Assembly: GCF_036588685.1 (NCBI RefSeq)
Contig: NC_086382.1
Coordinates: forward strand, 59,396,001-59,460,000
Source of the DNA: Mytilus trossulus
Taxonomy: Eukaryota
Direction: 5' to 3'
Length of the DNA stretch: 64,000 bases
Positions 60,740 to 64,000 of this stretch are shown piece after piece. Both the position numbers and the translations under genes were made by a program. Positions within the stretch are counted from its first letter, which is position 1; each line of letters begins with the position of its first letter. The notes beneath the pieces are model-generated. The model was not told the origin of the DNA. It searched no databases and saw nothing but the letters and a program-made list of their open reading frames with translations.

Positions 60740-63700
60740 GCTGGGTGCTGAAATAGGAAATTTTAATATAAAGGAAAAAATGACTTTCAGGACATAGTAC
60801 ATGTACACATATTTCACTAAATTTTAGAATTCCATATACAAGCATGTGTCAATTAGTAAACAACAAAAAAACGGTTGTCGTAATATTGTCGTAATATTGC
60901 ATCTATTAGCATTATAAGGTTCTTTGAATAGTAAATAGACTCACACTTTTTAATCTTCAGATTACGTTTCTTGCCCTATTGAGTCGTTTAAATTTTCGTC
61001 ATGCTGATCACCTTAAAATATGGCACATACTTGCTCATTTTGACAATGATTAACGCAAGAAAACATGCAATCAATTGGTTTTCTTATATCATTCCAGAAA
61101 ATATAAATTTGTATCGTAGTATTACTCACCTCAGAATTTCCGACAACTAAATTGAATTGAGGTATAAATGGGAATAAAACATTGACTGAATACACAAAAT
61201 CACCGCATAAACTGTAAATTTATGTTTGGTTTTTGAAAAAAAAGTAATTAGATATAATTGTTTTTTACAAAAGAAATAGGTGCATATGTTATGTTCGTTA
61301 GATCATGCGAAAATAATGCCTATTGTGAAAAAGATCATGTTGAATGAAAGTTAGACATACACAATTTAAATGTACATTGATTAGATATTCATGGTAAATG
61401 TTTTATTTATGACATAGATATATGATATTTTGTATTTGAACTTTATTCAAAGCGTGTCGTTTTGCCGGTTAGGAATTTGACCAAATTCGAATTAATTTTC
61501 AAAATCTGCAAGGGTGTACATAGATCGATGAGGATAGTCATCGTTGAGATTTGATCATGGTACTTTAGGACTCTCATATTAGATTTTACACGGTGTGATG
61601 GATGTTTATCCCTTCATCCCCACCTTTTAGCAGAACTTACAGGTAGTTTTGTTAATTAGATTGGAAGGCTAAATCACATGCGTATCTAGTTTGGTGTTTA
61701 CAAACCTTGGATCATTTGTTCAACGTTTGATTTGAATGTCTTTCTCATTGCGATCTATGTTAAATTGTGGATGACAGCCATTTTTTTTATTTCAGATATG
61801 TACATAAAACTATGAAGAATAAAGAGCGAAAGATACACAATTCTTCAATTTGGGAACAAAGTGTTAACAATTTGATTAAAAGGGGAAGATGATTGGATAC
61901 AAAAATGTTATAGAAACAGATTAAATCTCTTATGCTTAAGAATATCGAGTCTGCGTAAGTTGCTATAAAAAAAATAATTCTGTAATCTGGTTACTGTATA
62001 CAGGACGGAGTGACCTTTTTGACCTATTCATCTATTATTGCAGATGTAAATAAATCAGTTTACTTTCACTGAGTGGTACTCATAGATAACATTAATCAAA
62101 ATGAACGTACTGTTTGATTAGAAAAATGTCCAAATATGATAAAATATTATATAAAACTAATATTTACTAGATTATCTATGGATCCGGCCTTTTTGTGGAA
62201 AAGAATTGGTTCCAGAGTTCTTAAACTTTTAAACTCAGGGATAATTTGTTTTACTTATTTTACGCAATAGTCCGAATAGAAAAAGGAAAGAAACTACTGG
62301 ACCAACATTCCATGCCATAAAGTTATGAAAATAAATCGACAAGCTACTATTTTGTTACGCATCATTGTAAAACATATCAAAATTTAAAAAAAAAATAGGT
62401 TCTATATAATGGTATATGTTGACATTGAATTTTGAGGATATAAATTTCATGTATATTTAGTCTGGTTCAATATAATGGTGAAATGAAGCAGTTCTATTTT
62501 ACATGGTTTTCGAGAGGTTCAGTTTATTATCTTCTTTTATTTCCCTTTCGTTTTGTGATTTTACTAAATTGTGCGACAAATTCTTTATTATGTTATCTTG
62601 TTTTTAATATTCTACCATATGTACTGATAAACGATACAAATCAAAGTTATATATACATATATATTTAGTATTAGGTCAAAATACTTTTTAGAAATAGAAA
62701 TGTGATTACATAAAATACTTTTTTTTTTTTCATCAACATTGTTGATTTTGTTTAAAACCGCACGAAGAAAAATAACTAAAATACCGAACTCTAAGGGAAA
62801 TTCAAAATGGAAAGTCCGTAATCAAATGGCAAAAATGCAAAGATTTGTAACGAATTTTTATATTTTTGTGCTTTGGATGGATACTTTAGATTTGAAAAAA
62901 AATCATTTAATTTCATTTTTAAGCCGTTATTGTATGCACGATGTAGACGACACGCGCGTCTGGCGTATTAAATTATAATTCTGGTATCTTTGGTAACTTT
63001 TGATAATTATTTTAAAACACTTTTAGTACACCCATGCTACTTGGATTTTCAGTTCAGTTTGTAAGACGATTGCTTGATAATAATTATAAATCTGTTCAGA
63101 TCAAATTTGCCTCTGTATACCTTTTTTTAATTGCAAGCACCAATATCGTATGATTTGGAGAAATAATTTGCAAACATTATAACTTTTAGATATAATATTA
63201 GTGTAATAATCAGTCACCAGTCTGAAACCTCACTTTCCACATCTTCAATAGAGTTTAAAGAAATAACGTCTTTTTGTAGGTTATTCATTTCGTTTAAAAT
63301 AGATTGTGATATTTTTTTAAAAATCTGTTTCTTCAAATATTAGTAAAATTTTAACCCTAGAGAAGGAAGTGTAAGTACTTTTAATCTTCCTTAACATACG
63401 TAACATAATTCATATGGTATCCTAACATAAATTCCTGAGATATGATATCTTAAACAGATACACCTATATTTCCTGTATAACTTGGATTTTTTGGATGCAG
63501 TTTGCGATTTTTGTGCATGTAATTTTATCAATTATATTTTTTTGAGGATTCACGAAAATTCTAGTCGTTTACGGAAAATCATTATAAACAAAAATGAAAC
63601 ATCTATTCATAACAAAACATGACATTTGAACTCAATTGATAAAGCTTTATAAAAGATAAACTTTCAGTTTATCCCATTGTTAACATTGAGGCGTTGGTGA

Positions 63701-64000
63701 TTGCACTGGTAAATACTGAAACTGTAAGTTTGTGTGTTGCAAGCATTCTCTATGTTAAGATTTAATTTGTATTTACCTCTCGGGAAGTCACTTTAATCTC
63801 GTTGTGGTAGGGATGAGCAGCTAAGATGTTCAATCAGTACACCCACCCTTTTCATAAATATTTGATGTTCAATTATACAAAGACATCACGTCGTTTTTCT
63901 AAAAAAAAAAATCATCGAAAGGAGCAAATACCTTGTTGATTAATATTCCATGTCAACTTCAAAAATGATACACAATGGCCTTCTGGATACTTACATTGTA

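Noticed and set aside
62054-62072. ISRE/IRF-like motif upstream of the TRIM-like gene
   Set aside because: Imperfect match in very AT-rich DNA with unknown TSS; expected by chance.
726-63000. Numerous 60-100 aa ORFs in the track
   Set aside because: Low-complexity F/I/L/K-rich translations of AT-rich introns and repeats, many with non-ATG starts; no splice or homology support.

Overview
AT-rich, intron-rich animal genomic DNA. The repeat families and gene types point to a bivalve mollusc, most likely Mytilus (inference). The central feature is a complete coatomer subunit beta gene (COPB1, + strand, 21 coding exons 31822-57426, 957 aa by my splicing). The - strand carries three divergent PHYHIP-like paralogues: a partial gene at ~3.7-4.0 kb, a two-exon CDS at 13.1-17.3 kb, and a four-exon gene nested antisense in a COPB1 intron at 36.0-38.8 kb. 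It also carries a RING-less B-box/coiled-coil/beta-propeller (TRIM-like) gene convergent with COPB1. The intergenic and intronic DNA is a layered mobile-element landscape. It includes a family of type-I hammerhead-ribozyme repeats (retrozyme-like; one ~356-nt tandem dimer plus several dispersed copies), a decayed Penelope-like RT, and a young 2.4-kb gag-only LTR element beside a COPB1 splice acceptor. Also present are Helentron/DINE-like elements with satellite cores, nested piggyBac-, hAT/P- and Kolobok-like MITEs, a tRNA-SINE, a LINE relic and a perfect 75-bp palindrome. The strongest leads are the hammerhead/retrozyme system with its possible PLE partner, an R-S-E (ADP-ribosyltransferase-like) signature in the expanded PHYHIP-like family, and the pol-less LTR element with an unknown -1-frame ORF. 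All coordinates were read by hand; no database searches were run.
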